Positions 18,852 through 27,801 of a stretch of 46,073 bases of DNA are shown piece by piece; within the stretch, counting starts at the first letter, position 1, and the number at the start of each line of letters is the position of its first letter. The stretch lies in NCBI GenBank assembly GCA_003162635.1, contig PMNE01000109.1, positions 10,719-56,791 on the forward strand. Reading direction: 5' to 3'. The notes under the pieces are model-generated. The model was not told where the DNA came from. It did no database searches and saw only the letters and a program-made list of their open reading frames with translations. The DNA comes from Ignavibacteriota bacterium (GTDB lineage Bacteria; Bacteroidota; Ignavibacteria; UBA10030; UBA6906). The position numbers and the translations under genes were made by a program.

Positions 18852-20990
18852 TGGGGACGCAATCTCTCGTTGGCCTTCCCAAGGCGAATCCGGGCCGGCG
18901 GAAGGCCGCCCGGAAGCAACGCGTGAGGAATTCATTATGACAAGAAAACTGCTGAAAACCATCGCCCCCGCCGCAAAGACCGGTTCGAGTTTTCCCATCA
19001 CGGCTAATCCCATTCCTGCGGCATTATAGCAAAAGGCCCAGAGAAAATTCCAGACGATTGTCCGGCGCACGCGGCGGCCGAATGCAAAAATCCACGGCAC
19101 CTGCGCGATATCATCGTCCATGATCACGACATCAGAGGCCATGCGTGAGAGATCTGTTCCGGAACGGAAAGAAATCCCTATGTTCGCCGCAGCAAGCGCC
19201 ACAGAATCGTTTATCCCATCCCCCACCATGGCTGCCAGCGCACCGGTTGCTCGCTTCTCTGTGATAAGCAATGCCTTCTCCTCCGGCCGAAGGCGCCCTC
19301 GAACCTCTCCGTGAAAGCGAAGCGCAGAGGCCACTCCGGCAACCTGTTCCTCTCCGTCCCCCGATACCAAATGCAGATGCATTCCCATCTGTTCAAGCCG
19401 GCGGACCGCAATGACGGATCCTCTCTTCAGGTCATTGGTAAACACAAAAGTACCGCATTTCACGTCATCTACCCAGACAGAACTTCTTGTCAGTAAAGCA
19501 ATTATACTGTTTGACTTTAATTTTTCTCTACTATCTCTTTCGGCTCCAATAAGTACGACGTGCCTTCTTCCACTACCCGTGTCAACATATCCACTGATCC
19601 CCTCGCCGGGCAGGGACCTGACTTCTTCCCCCGCAAAGAGGTCGCTGTGCACCGCATCGGCATATCGAACGATTGCTCTCCCTGCAGGATGCTCAGAGTG
19701 CAGTTCTATTGCTCGGGCCATCCCCAGGACATCGGCCTCCCCCCATTCCTCGCCGAGCCGCTCAAACCCCACAACACAAAGATTCCCCTCCGTCAGTGTC
19801 CCTGTTTTGTCCAAAAAGACCTCTCCAACCTCGCCGGCAGTTTCCAGCGATGCCATCGACTTGAACAGAACCCCCCTTTTCGCCGCTGCCGTATAGCCGA
19901 TGAAACCGACCAGCGTCGCTCCAATACCCAATGCGCAAGGACAGGCGATCAGGAGCACAGAAAGGCCGTTCAACAGCCCCGTCGTCGGGTTCGACCACAC
20001 ACCCCAGAAGACCCCCGTGGCAAGGGAGAGAAGAATACTGCCTGGAACAAACACGCGCGTTATCCTCTCAGCGAGAAGTTGTGCAGGGGATCGCGCCGTC
20101 AGGACCTCTTCGGTCAGGGCGTGTAGCCGCGCCAGCAGGCCGCTCCCCGCTGTTGCTCCTGCAACCATGACGATCGTCCCGTCGTAATTGAGTGAGCCAC
20201 CGATCACTTTGTCCCCGCCGACCTTCGTGACGGGGGCTGACTCACCGGTCAGCATCGCCTCGTTGACCGACGTGGCGCCCTCCTTGACCTCGCCGTCCAC
20301 CGGAATCTCCTCACCCGGCAGAATCCTTATCCTGTCACCAGGCGCGAGAACATCCACCTCAACAACATGTTCCTCGCTCCCGTCGATACGCCGGGCTCTT
20401 CCCCTCACGTTGCCAAAAAGATGCTGTAGCGCATGCGAGCTTTTGAGCCGTGCATTCGCCTCAAGGTAGCGGCCAAAGGTGACGAGAACGAGCACCATCG
20501 TCGCCGTGTCGTAATAGATCGCAGATCCTCCCGTAAACGTGGAATAGAGCGAGAGAATGAACGCTGCGGTCGATCCGCATGCAATCAGCGTGTCGACGCC
20601 GGGAATGCCATTCCTCACTTCGCGGATCGCATTTCTGAGGTATGGCAATCCTATGAGGAGATAGACCGGGACAGAGAGGACGAAGACAAGGTAGGTGATC
20701 GAGCGGCGGGACTCCGGCTCTACTGGGAAGAGAAAGGAGAGCTTGTTCCCGTAGAGCGCCCAGGTGAAAGTCATCGCATTCATCGCCAGGAATCCGGCGA
20801 GTCCCAGGCGGGCCAGGAAGAGGATGGGGACCCCTTCTTCCCCTTTTTCCCCCGTAATCGTGTTCACCAGGTAGCATCCGTAGCAGCAGAAACGTCTCCG
20901 ATGCGCTCGCCCAAAGCCGGGGAACTGCACTTCAGGTATCGGAAGACCGCATTGCTCGCAAAGGTCCGGATTGGCGGATTCGACCATCAT
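18801..20990 (-). CDS. P1B-type Cu(I) ATPase, FixI/CcoI-like
   Basis: N-terminal CEQCG...FCCYGC metal site, LTGES, IACPCALG, DKTGTLT, SEHP, GDGIND, YN and MVFSS Cu(I) signature; no GMxCxxC HMA domain. Confidence 0.88.
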   Translation of the reverse strand: MMVESANPDLCEQCGLPIPEVQFPGFGRAHRRRFCCYGCYLVNTITGEKGEEGVPILFLARLGLAGFLAMNAMTFTWALYGNKLSFLFPVEPESRRSITYLVFVLSVPVYLLIGLPYLRNAIREVRNGIPGVDTLIACGSTAAFILSLYSTFTGGSAIYYDTATMVLVLVTFGRYLEANARLKSSHALQHLFGNVRGRARRIDGSEEHVVEVDVLAPGDRIRILPGEEIPVDGEVKEGATSVNEAMLTGESAPVTKVGGDKVIGGSLNYDGTIVMVAGATAGSGLLARLHALTEEVLTARSPAQLLAERITRVFVPGSILLSLATGVFWGVWSNPTTGLLNGLSVLLIACPCALGIGATLVGFIGYTAAAKRGVLFKSMASLETAGEVGEVFLDKTGTLTEGNLCVVGFERLGEEWGEADVLGMARAIELHSEHPAGRAIVRYADAVHSDLFAGEEVRSLPGEGISGYVDTGSGRRHVVLIGAERDSREKLKSNSIIALLTRSSVWVDDVKCGTFVFTNDLKRGSVIAVRRLEQMGMHLHLVSGDGEEQVAGVASALRFHGEVRGRLRPEEKALLITEKRATGALAAMVGDGINDSVALAAANIGISFRSGTDLSRMASDVVIMDDDIAQVPWIFAFGRRVRRTIVWNFLWAFCYNAAGMGLAVMGKLEPVFAAGAMVFSSFLVIMNSSRVASGRPSAGPDSPWEGQREIASPSGGGERLDDVREKLGK

Positions 20991-21073
20991 CAGGTGTGCT
21001 GCCGGTTTTCGCAGGGAGATTGTTGTTTCGAAGATACGGAATTGGAGGCGAACAGGAAAGCCGGATGGAAAGG

Positions 21074-21502
21074 TCAGGCGGTCGGGACGGGGAATTGGTA
21101 CAACATCAGGTAAATGATCACGCCGGTCACAGAGACGTAGAACCATATGGGCAGCGTCCACCGGGCGATCGCCTTATGGGCCCTGAACGATCGCCGCAAT
21201 GCGCGGACCAGCGTCATTCCCGCAAGCACAGGGACAGCCGCCGCGAGGGCCGTGTGGGAAATAAGTATCGAAAAGTAAACGCTCCGTACCACACCCTGTC
21301 CATGGTACGGCATGCTTCCAATGTTCGCATGATAGACAACATACGACGTGAGAAAGAGGGACGAGCAAACCAGAGCGGAAATCATGGCGGCGCGATGAAG
21401 CCGTGTGCGCCCCTCCCTGATCGCGTAGTATCCCGCCGCCAGAAAGATCGACGAGCCGGCATTCAGCAGCGCATTCACATGAGGAAGGAAATGAATATCC
21501 AT
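21074..21502 (-). CDS. DUF420 (CtaM/YozB-like) oxidase-associated membrane protein
   Basis: LPHVNALLN...HRAAM...LISHTALA...HKAIARWTLPIWFYVSVTGVIIY. Confidence 0.9.
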   Translation of the reverse strand: MDIHFLPHVNALLNAGSSIFLAAGYYAIREGRTRLHRAAMISALVCSSLFLTSYVVYHANIGSMPYHGQGVVRSVYFSILISHTALAAAVPVLAGMTLVRALRRSFRAHKAIARWTLPIWFYVSVTGVIIYLMLYQFPVPTA

Positions 21503-21507
21503 TGCGA

Positions 21508-22410
21508 TCAACTGATCAATCGGTCAACGGCCATCATCGCCATCAGCAGAGGAAGATACGCAAGGGAAGCGATGAACAACTGCCGCGCACCCGCATTCGT
21601 CCTCCGACCCGCGAGGCGCAAGGCCGGGATGAGGAAGAGGCACCCGAGAGAAAATGATCCCGCTGCATACACCCATCCCAGCGTTCCCGTGACCGACAGC
21701 ATCAGCGACACCGGGAGAAGTCCGATCGTGGCGGCAAGGACATGGCGACTTGTCCTCTCCCCGCTCGTATCGAGGACTGTCAGAAGCCGATACCCTGCGC
21801 TCTTATAATCGTCACGGTACAGCCATGCAAGTGAAAGGAAATGCGGCATCTGCCAGAGAAAGAGGATGCCGAACAGAATCCATGCGCCGGGCTCCGCTGC
21901 ATTCCGCGCTGCTGTCCAGCCCATCACCGGGGGAAGCGCACCCGGGATCCCCCCAACAAGCGTCGACCATGGAGTGATCCGCTTCAGCGGAGTGTAGAGG
22001 AAAAGATACGTCACGCTGGTGACTGCCGCAAGAAACGCGGTCAAAACGTTGGTGGCGAGCCCAAGGTAGACGATCCCCGCAATGGAGAGGAACGTCCCAA
22101 ATGTCAGTGCTTCCACAGGCAACAGGCGGCCGGCGGGAAGCGGCCGGCGTTCCGTTCGTTTCATAAGGATATCGAACCGGCGCTCCATGTACTGGTTCAG
22201 CGCGCCCGCACCCCCTCCCACCATCCCGGTTCCTGCGGCAACCGAAAGAAGGATTCCCGGATGAACCGAGCCGCCGGCTCCCAAACAATACCCTGCAACG
22301 GCCGTCAACACGGAAAGGAGAGTGAGCTCCGGCTTTGCCAGCGAGAGATAATCAAGCACGCGGGTCCATTCGATGGCGATGACACCCCGTCCCTCGATCT
22401 TCATTCTCAT
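21508..22410 (-). CDS. ctaB: Protoheme IX farnesyltransferase (heme O synthase)
   Basis: LAKP, NQYMERRFDILMKRTERRPLPAG, YTPLKR, GGIPGALPP, LWQMPHF. Confidence 0.96.
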   Translation of the reverse strand: MRMKIEGRGVIAIEWTRVLDYLSLAKPELTLLSVLTAVAGYCLGAGGSVHPGILLSVAAGTGMVGGGAGALNQYMERRFDILMKRTERRPLPAGRLLPVEALTFGTFLSIAGIVYLGLATNVLTAFLAAVTSVTYLFLYTPLKRITPWSTLVGGIPGALPPVMGWTAARNAAEPGAWILFGILFLWQMPHFLSLAWLYRDDYKSAGYRLLTVLDTSGERTSRHVLAATIGLLPVSLMLSVTGTLGWVYAAGSFSLGCLFLIPALRLAGRRTNAGARQLFIASLAYLPLLMAMMAVDRLIS

Positions 22411-23432
22411 TGCGCACCTGCTTCAGCGACCAGTGCCGGGACGGGTGGACGCGCAGCCGCGGGCAGCACGAAGAATCGGAATACCCGGGCCGTAACAAAG
22501 ACGGTCGTGGCAAGCAGAAGCGCCCCAACAGCAACGTGCGCCGTCGCAATCTGGACCCCCTTTCCGGTCCAGACCGTGAGCGCGCCGAGAAGAAGCTGAA
22601 CGAGAATCAGCATCATCATGACGATCGCCGGCTCCCGCAGTCTCGACTCGCCGGGATACGATCGAAGGATATGACGCCCAAAACCGAGTACCACGCATGC
22701 AGCCACAAGCGCTCCTCCCCTATGAAGAAAATGGATCCAGATTTGGCCGATGCTGACCGGAGGCATATCGTACCAAGCCATGCGAATCTGATTTACCGCC
22801 GCAAGCCCGCCCTCATCCATGGGAGGCAGGAGCGTGCCGTACGTCAAAGGAAAATCAGGGATGGCAAGACCGGCGCTGCTGTGGCGCATCCATGCACCGA
22901 GAAAAAGCTGGAGAAGGACGACGAACACCGCACTGACCGCCAACCATCGGGTTGCACGGGCCATCGCCGATACACTCGCCGACGGCTGCATCCAGGCAGC
23001 CGAGGTGACAAGAGCGAGAAGGATTGTCAGGGAAAAGAAAGATTGCGCGAGCATTGCGTGAGCGGCAGAAACAGGCGTAGGGAGGAGAAACAGGACAGTC
23101 AGTCCCCCGAGCACTCCCTGCGTCACGACGGCACCAAGCGAAAGAAAGCCAAGAACCCTTACCCAGCGTCTCTTCTCCACCCGCCAGAGGGCTATTGCCA
23201 GAATGACCGTCAGGATTCCCACGAACGTGGCGATCATGCGGTGGCCGTGTTCATAGAAGATCCCCCCCACCATGGGGGGCATGAGCTGGCCGTACGAGAG
23301 CGGCCAATCGGGCACCGCGAGCCCCGAATCGGTGCTCGTCACCAGTCCTCCGGCGATGAGAAGCCCGAATGTGCAGCAGGCCGTGAAAACAGCGAACCGG
23401 TGGACGCCCGGATGAAAGTGATCTGTCCTCAT
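22407..23432 (-). CDS. ctaA: Heme A synthase (COX15/CtaA)
   Basis: GLAVPDWP, EHGHR, QGVLGGLTV, AAHAML, HFLHR, TAHVAVG. Confidence 0.9.
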   Translation of the reverse strand: MRTDHFHPGVHRFAVFTACCTFGLLIAGGLVTSTDSGLAVPDWPLSYGQLMPPMVGGIFYEHGHRMIATFVGILTVILAIALWRVEKRRWVRVLGFLSLGAVVTQGVLGGLTVLFLLPTPVSAAHAMLAQSFFSLTILLALVTSAAWMQPSASVSAMARATRWLAVSAVFVVLLQLFLGAWMRHSSAGLAIPDFPLTYGTLLPPMDEGGLAAVNQIRMAWYDMPPVSIGQIWIHFLHRGGALVAACVVLGFGRHILRSYPGESRLREPAIVMMMLILVQLLLGALTVWTGKGVQIATAHVAVGALLLATTVFVTARVFRFFVLPAAARPPVPALVAEAGAQ

Positions 23433-24376
23433 TGTTGGAGTGCCGCCTCCTGGTCCTTTATCCACTCCTGAAATCCTGTCGCCGTGACCACCGTGACCGT
23501 CGCCCGCATCCTGTAGTGACCAAGGCCGCACAGTTGCGAACATGCAACCTCGATCGGAGAATACGGGCCCAGGCGTACTTCGCCAATCCCCGCATCGGCG
23601 AGCTTCCCGGCAACATCGGGGGTGATGCCGTCCCCTTTCGCAAGCAGGACATTCCCTTCCTTGTCCCTGTATTCCTGCTGCGCCACGAAGACGGAGAACT
23701 TGTCCGTGTCGGTCGCGCGATCGATCCGATAGAAACGCGCGACTGCCTCCTGGACTTCGTCACTGGTCATCGTGGGCGTAAAACTCAAACGGACCGACTG
23801 TCCTGGAACTGCATCCTGCTTCACGCGGAAATAGGGGATGCCGAAACTGTGGATCATGTCCTTGCTTGTGAGCCGGACAATCACAGGCCTGTTCACCGGT
23901 ATGACCAACTGGTTGACTGTTGTGATATCGTCCTTCGCAGCCGGATCGTTCCGGTCGAGTCCCAACGGGTTTTCCGGACTGACCAGCGAGATATCTGTGC
24001 GCCCGAAGATGCCGTCAGGTCCCGGATAGTGGAAATTCCAGGCGAATTGCTCCCCCACAACCCTGACCACCGTCGCGTCCTTTTCGGAGGGGATGTCTTT
24101 GACGAGCTTCGCCCACAAAGGAAGATCGAACGCTGCCAGGGCCACTCCCTCGAAGATTGCGACCGCGGCAACCACGACATACGGGAACTTGCTCTTGAGC
24201 CCTCCGTAGCGCGCCGCTGGATTCTTCGAACGCCGGAATCGGAGAAGGCTATAGACGTAGAACGCCCCCCAGCCGGCAAAGAGGACGAACATCAGCCAGT
24301 GAATCATCGCCATGGAGCCGTCGATCTCATGGGCATACGTTGAAGCTTCCGGTGGCAGCCCGAGGAATTCCTGCAT
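23429..24376 (-). CDS. coxB: Cytochrome c oxidase subunit II (CuA), no fused cytochrome c
   Basis: 2 TMs, GEQFAWNFHYPG, SKDMIHSF, KQDAVPG, CSQLCGLGHYRM; no CxxCH. Confidence 0.92.
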   Translation of the reverse strand: MQEFLGLPPEASTYAHEIDGSMAMIHWLMFVLFAGWGAFYVYSLLRFRRSKNPAARYGGLKSKFPYVVVAAVAIFEGVALAAFDLPLWAKLVKDIPSEKDATVVRVVGEQFAWNFHYPGPDGIFGRTDISLVSPENPLGLDRNDPAAKDDITTVNQLVIPVNRPVIVRLTSKDMIHSFGIPYFRVKQDAVPGQSVRLSFTPTMTSDEVQEAVARFYRIDRATDTDKFSVFVAQQEYRDKEGNVLLAKGDGITPDVAGKLADAGIGEVRLGPYSPIEVACSQLCGLGHYRMRATVTVVTATGFQEWIKDQEAALQQ

Positions 24377-24396
24377 GAGTGATTCTTCTCCTTGCC

Positions 24397-24660
24397 TCAG
24401 TGGAGGCTCTGGCCTCCACCGATGGCGCGAACGACCTTTCCCGCCCGTCGACGGAGTGATATGACGAACGCCGCAATCCCTCCCAGCACGCTCCCGGTCA
24501 ATCCCATGAGGAGGAGGACGGCGTCATTGAGGCCGTCTGCCGTCTGCGCATCGGCCTGACTGAAGCAGAGCGGGCAGGCGACTGACAGAGTAACCCCGAT
24601 GGTCGTAAGAAGCGCAGCCGCAACTGCGACACCGATGGCTCTTGCGTGCATGGCGTTCAT
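24397..24660 (-). CDS. Small membrane protein with CPxC motif in the cox operon
   Basis: Signal-like N-terminus, ACPLCF, C-terminal TM followed by RRR; GAGGAG upstream. Confidence 0.7.
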   Translation of the reverse strand: MNAMHARAIGVAVAAALLTTIGVTLSVACPLCFSQADAQTADGLNDAVLLLMGLTGSVLGGIAAFVISLRRRAGKVVRAIGGGQSLH

Positions 24661-24766
24661 TCTCCTCTTCCGTTTCCGGCAATCGCTCTCCCGGATCAGC
24701 GACGCAGCGGCATTCTTCGAACATTCCGCCCCGGCTGCCGGGACTGCTCCTCGCCGGGAGAGCTTG

Positions 24767-24994
24767 TCAGTTCCGTGAAGTGCGCATGTTCAACGATTTC
24801 ATCCCCCGAAACTTTCCGATCACCCAGATCTCGTACAGGAGAAGGAAAAGCGCAGCCACGAAGGAAATTGCAATCCCCCAGAGGTACTGGGACTCTCCCG
24901 TCCTGGCATACCCCCGGATGGTCCACACCCCGCATCCGAGGGCAAGAGCGACCGAGAGGGTAATGAACGCGATATGAAACACCTTAAGCGACAT
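24767..24994 (-). CDS. Small 2-TM hypothetical protein in the cox operon (75 aa)
   Basis: MSLKVFHIAFITLS...; starts 2 nt after the coxD stop with GGAGG upstream; appears only as the C-terminus of a longer track ORF. Confidence 0.7.
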   Translation of the reverse strand: MSLKVFHIAFITLSVALALGCGVWTIRGYARTGESQYLWGIAISFVAALFLLLYEIWVIGKFRGMKSLNMRTSRN

Positions 24995-24996
24995 TG

Positions 24997-25296
24997 TCAA
25001 CCTCCGCGTGAAAAAACTTCCGCCGTCGGAAGAAGGAGGAGTGCAAAGAAAAAGAATACGGTGAATGCAAGCAGAATGGGGATAAGCCGCTTCTCGGAGA
25101 GAAGATGCATGAAGAAACAGGCAACCAGGGATCCCTTGATGGAGGCAATGAAGAGGGCGATGATGACGGCTTCGCCCGTCGACAGATGCAACATTGCCAC
25201 GGACACCGTCAACGCTGTCAGTCCGAGGAGGGCGGCGAAGACAATGATGTACGCTTTTACGTGTGTACGCACGTCCACGGGGTGCGAATCGCTCAT
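24997..25296 (-). CDS. coxD: Cytochrome c oxidase subunit IV
   Basis: YIIVFAALLGLTALTV...IASIKGSLVACFFMHL (COX4_pro signature). Confidence 0.9.
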   Translation of the reverse strand: MSDSHPVDVRTHVKAYIIVFAALLGLTALTVSVAMLHLSTGEAVIIALFIASIKGSLVACFFMHLLSEKRLIPILLAFTVFFFFALLLLPTAEVFSRGG

Positions 25297-25308
25297 TGCA
25301 CGTTTCTC

Positions 25309-25899
25309 CTACAAGAGATAAAGAACCGGAAAGAGAAATATCCATACGAGATCCACAAAGTGCCAGTAGAGCCCCGCCACCTCGACACGATTGGTAAACC
25401 GCTGCGGGTCCTTCCGCCACATTTTGCTCCCCGGACCGAGCAAATACACATTGACGATCATTCCTCCGATGACATGGAGCCCATGAAGGCCGGTAAGCGT
25501 AAAATAGATCGCGAGAAATGTATTCGTCGCTGGAAACAGACCGTGCTCGAATTTCATCCCATATTCCATCCCCTTGATGGCCAGAAACGCAACCCCCAGC
25601 GCCACCGTCGTTCCCAGGAACCGTCGGAACCTGGCAAAGTTCCCTCCCGCAAGCGACGCCCATGCCATGACCATGGTGACGCTCGAGCTGATGAGCACAA
25701 CCGTATTGGTCGTCGCAAGGGGGATATTGAGGATTTCCCACCCGTGAGGCCACGTTGCCGCGCCCGTTCGCAGGAAGATGTACGCTGAGAAGAGTCCGCC
25801 GAAGAGCATCACCTCCGAGGCAAGGAAGAGCCAAATCCCCAGTTTTGCGTTGTAGACCCCCGTGTCAGGGCGCACTTCGCTGGTGTAAGGAATATTCAT
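25309..25899 (-). CDS. coxC: Cytochrome c oxidase subunit III (short form)
   Basis: GIWLFLASEVMLFGGLF, NTVVLISSS, YFTLTGLHGLHV, YWHFVDLVWIFLF. Confidence 0.95.
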   Translation of the reverse strand: MNIPYTSEVRPDTGVYNAKLGIWLFLASEVMLFGGLFSAYIFLRTGAATWPHGWEILNIPLATTNTVVLISSSVTMVMAWASLAGGNFARFRRFLGTTVALGVAFLAIKGMEYGMKFEHGLFPATNTFLAIYFTLTGLHGLHVIGGMIVNVYLLGPGSKMWRKDPQRFTNRVEVAGLYWHFVDLVWIFLFPVLYLL

Positions 25900-25906
25900 G
25901 GACCCC

Positions 25907-27652
25907 TCATGCCGGATCATTTTGCGGGAGAAAGTCACGAGCAGCACCCGGAACGCTGTATTCGTGGGGGCCCCGGTACACCTCCACTGGGCGGATGAAA
26001 TTCCCATGGGGAGGAGGAGATGAGGTCGCCCACTCAAGCGTTGTGGCATCCCATGGATTGTCACCGACCTTCTTTCCTTTTCGGATACTCACAAAGAAAT
26101 TGATGATGAACGGTATCTGAAAGATGGCGAGTGACCAGGCCGCGACCGACATCACCAGGTTCAGCGAAAGCACTCCCTGCGCGTGAGCATACTGGGCACC
26201 TCCGTCGTACAATCTCCGCGACACGCCGGCCAGCCCTTGGATGAACATCGGCATGAAGATCGTGTTGATGCAGATCAACGATCCCCAGAAGTGGATCTTC
26301 CCCAGCGTATCGTTCATCCGGCGCCCTGTTGCCTTCGGAAACCAGTAATAGACTCCGGCGAACAGTGCGAAAATCGATCCCGGGGCAACGATATAGTGGA
26401 AGTGTCCAATGACGTAGTACGTGTCGTGCAAGGGGATATCCGTCGGCGCCAATCCAAGCGGCAGGCCTGTCAATCCCCCGATGCCGAACATGGGGAGGAA
26501 TGCACAGGCGAACATCATCGGCGTCGTAAAGCGGATCGATCCGCCCCACAGCGAAACGATCAGCACGGCGAGAATCACGACCGAAGGGATGGAAATGATC
26601 ATCGTTGTCACTTGGAAGAAAGTACCGAGCGTCGTCCCCATCCCCGTAATGTACATGTGGTGCGCCCAGACGATAAACGACATGAACCCCAGAAAGAGCG
26701 TTGAATAGACGAGCGACCGGTAGCTCCAGAGCGGTTTCCGCGTGTTGTTTGCGATGATCTCGGCAACAATGCCCATGGCAGGCAGGATCAGCACATACAC
26801 TTCGGGGTGTGCGAGGAACCAGAAGAGATGCTGCCAAAGGAGAGGGCTCCCTCCCCCGCTTGCCTGCACCACCTGGCCGCTGACGACCAGCCCGCTCGGG
26901 AGAAAGAAGCTTGTCCCTGCAAGCCGGTCCATCAACTGGAGGCATGCCGCCGCTTCAAGGGGCGGAAAGGCAAGGAGGAGCAGGAAGGATGTGACAAGCT
27001 GGGCCCACACAAAAAACGGCAGCCGCATGAACGTCATCCCGGGAGCGCGGAGCTGCACGATGGTCACGATGAAGTTGATCGAACCGAGCAGCGACGAGGT
27101 AATGAGGAAGAACATCCCGATCAACCAGGCGGTCTGACCGATGGTGGCAATATCGGACAACGGCGGATATGACGTCCAGCCGGAATTTGCGGCCCCTCCG
27201 GGAAGAAGAAAACTCCCCAGCATGGTGACGCCGCCGGCAAAGTACACCCAATAGCTCATCATGTTGAGTTTTGGGAAGGCCATATCCGGCGCCCCGATCT
27301 GCAGCGGCATGACGAAGTTGCCGAACGCGCCAACGCCCAGCGGCACCACCCCGAGGAAGATCATGATCGTGCCGTGCATTGCCCCGAGTTGATTGTAGAA
27401 TTCGGGAAGCATGATCCCGTCGGGTGCGTTCGCCTCGCCGAGGAACTTGCCGATCAACGGAATCGGTTGCCCCGGGTATGCAAGCTGCCACCGCATGATC
27501 ATCATCAGCGTGAAGCCGAAGAGCAGGAACAGCAGGCTCGTGATCGCGTACTGAATGCCGATGGTCTTGTGGTCCTGCGAAAACAGATACGTCCGCCAGA
27601 ATCCCTGCGACTCATGGCCGGATCCGTGCTCGACAGAGGTCGACTGCGTCAC
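25907..27652 (-). CDS. coxA: Heme-copper oxygen reductase subunit I, A family (A1-like PEVY)
   Basis: DHKTIG, AMHG, APDMAFP, AHPEVY, WAHHM, HDTYYVIGHFHY, RR; GTG start inferred. Confidence 0.95.
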   Translation of the reverse strand: MTQSTSVEHGSGHESQGFWRTYLFSQDHKTIGIQYAITSLLFLLFGFTLMMIMRWQLAYPGQPIPLIGKFLGEANAPDGIMLPEFYNQLGAMHGTIMIFLGVVPLGVGAFGNFVMPLQIGAPDMAFPKLNMMSYWVYFAGGVTMLGSFLLPGGAANSGWTSYPPLSDIATIGQTAWLIGMFFLITSSLLGSINFIVTIVQLRAPGMTFMRLPFFVWAQLVTSFLLLLAFPPLEAAACLQLMDRLAGTSFFLPSGLVVSGQVVQASGGGSPLLWQHLFWFLAHPEVYVLILPAMGIVAEIIANNTRKPLWSYRSLVYSTLFLGFMSFIVWAHHMYITGMGTTLGTFFQVTTMIISIPSVVILAVLIVSLWGGSIRFTTPMMFACAFLPMFGIGGLTGLPLGLAPTDIPLHDTYYVIGHFHYIVAPGSIFALFAGVYYWFPKATGRRMNDTLGKIHFWGSLICINTIFMPMFIQGLAGVSRRLYDGGAQYAHAQGVLSLNLVMSVAAWSLAIFQIPFIINFFVSIRKGKKVGDNPWDATTLEWATSSPPPHGNFIRPVEVYRGPHEYSVPGAARDFLPQNDPA

Positions 27653-27801
27653 GGGGAAATCTGGAGATGTTCCACGCTCGCTCCTCCTTTCTCTTGATGA
27701 TACCCCAGGGGATCCCAAACATCTGCTCTGTCGATTTCCGCCCCTCCCGTTCGCCGTCGCGAGTCCCCCCTGCTCACCCTCTCTCCCTGCCGGATCGACT
27801 C

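Noticed and set aside
24995-25834. 355-aa track ORF 24767-25834 as a single protein
   Set aside because: Overlaps coxC and coxD in another frame; only the last 75 codons look like a real gene
25907-27652. CoxA as a nitric oxide reductase
   Set aside because: Retains three CuB His, the HPEVY cross-link Tyr and a full D-channel, and lies with ctaA/ctaB; NOR-type Glu ligands are not seen
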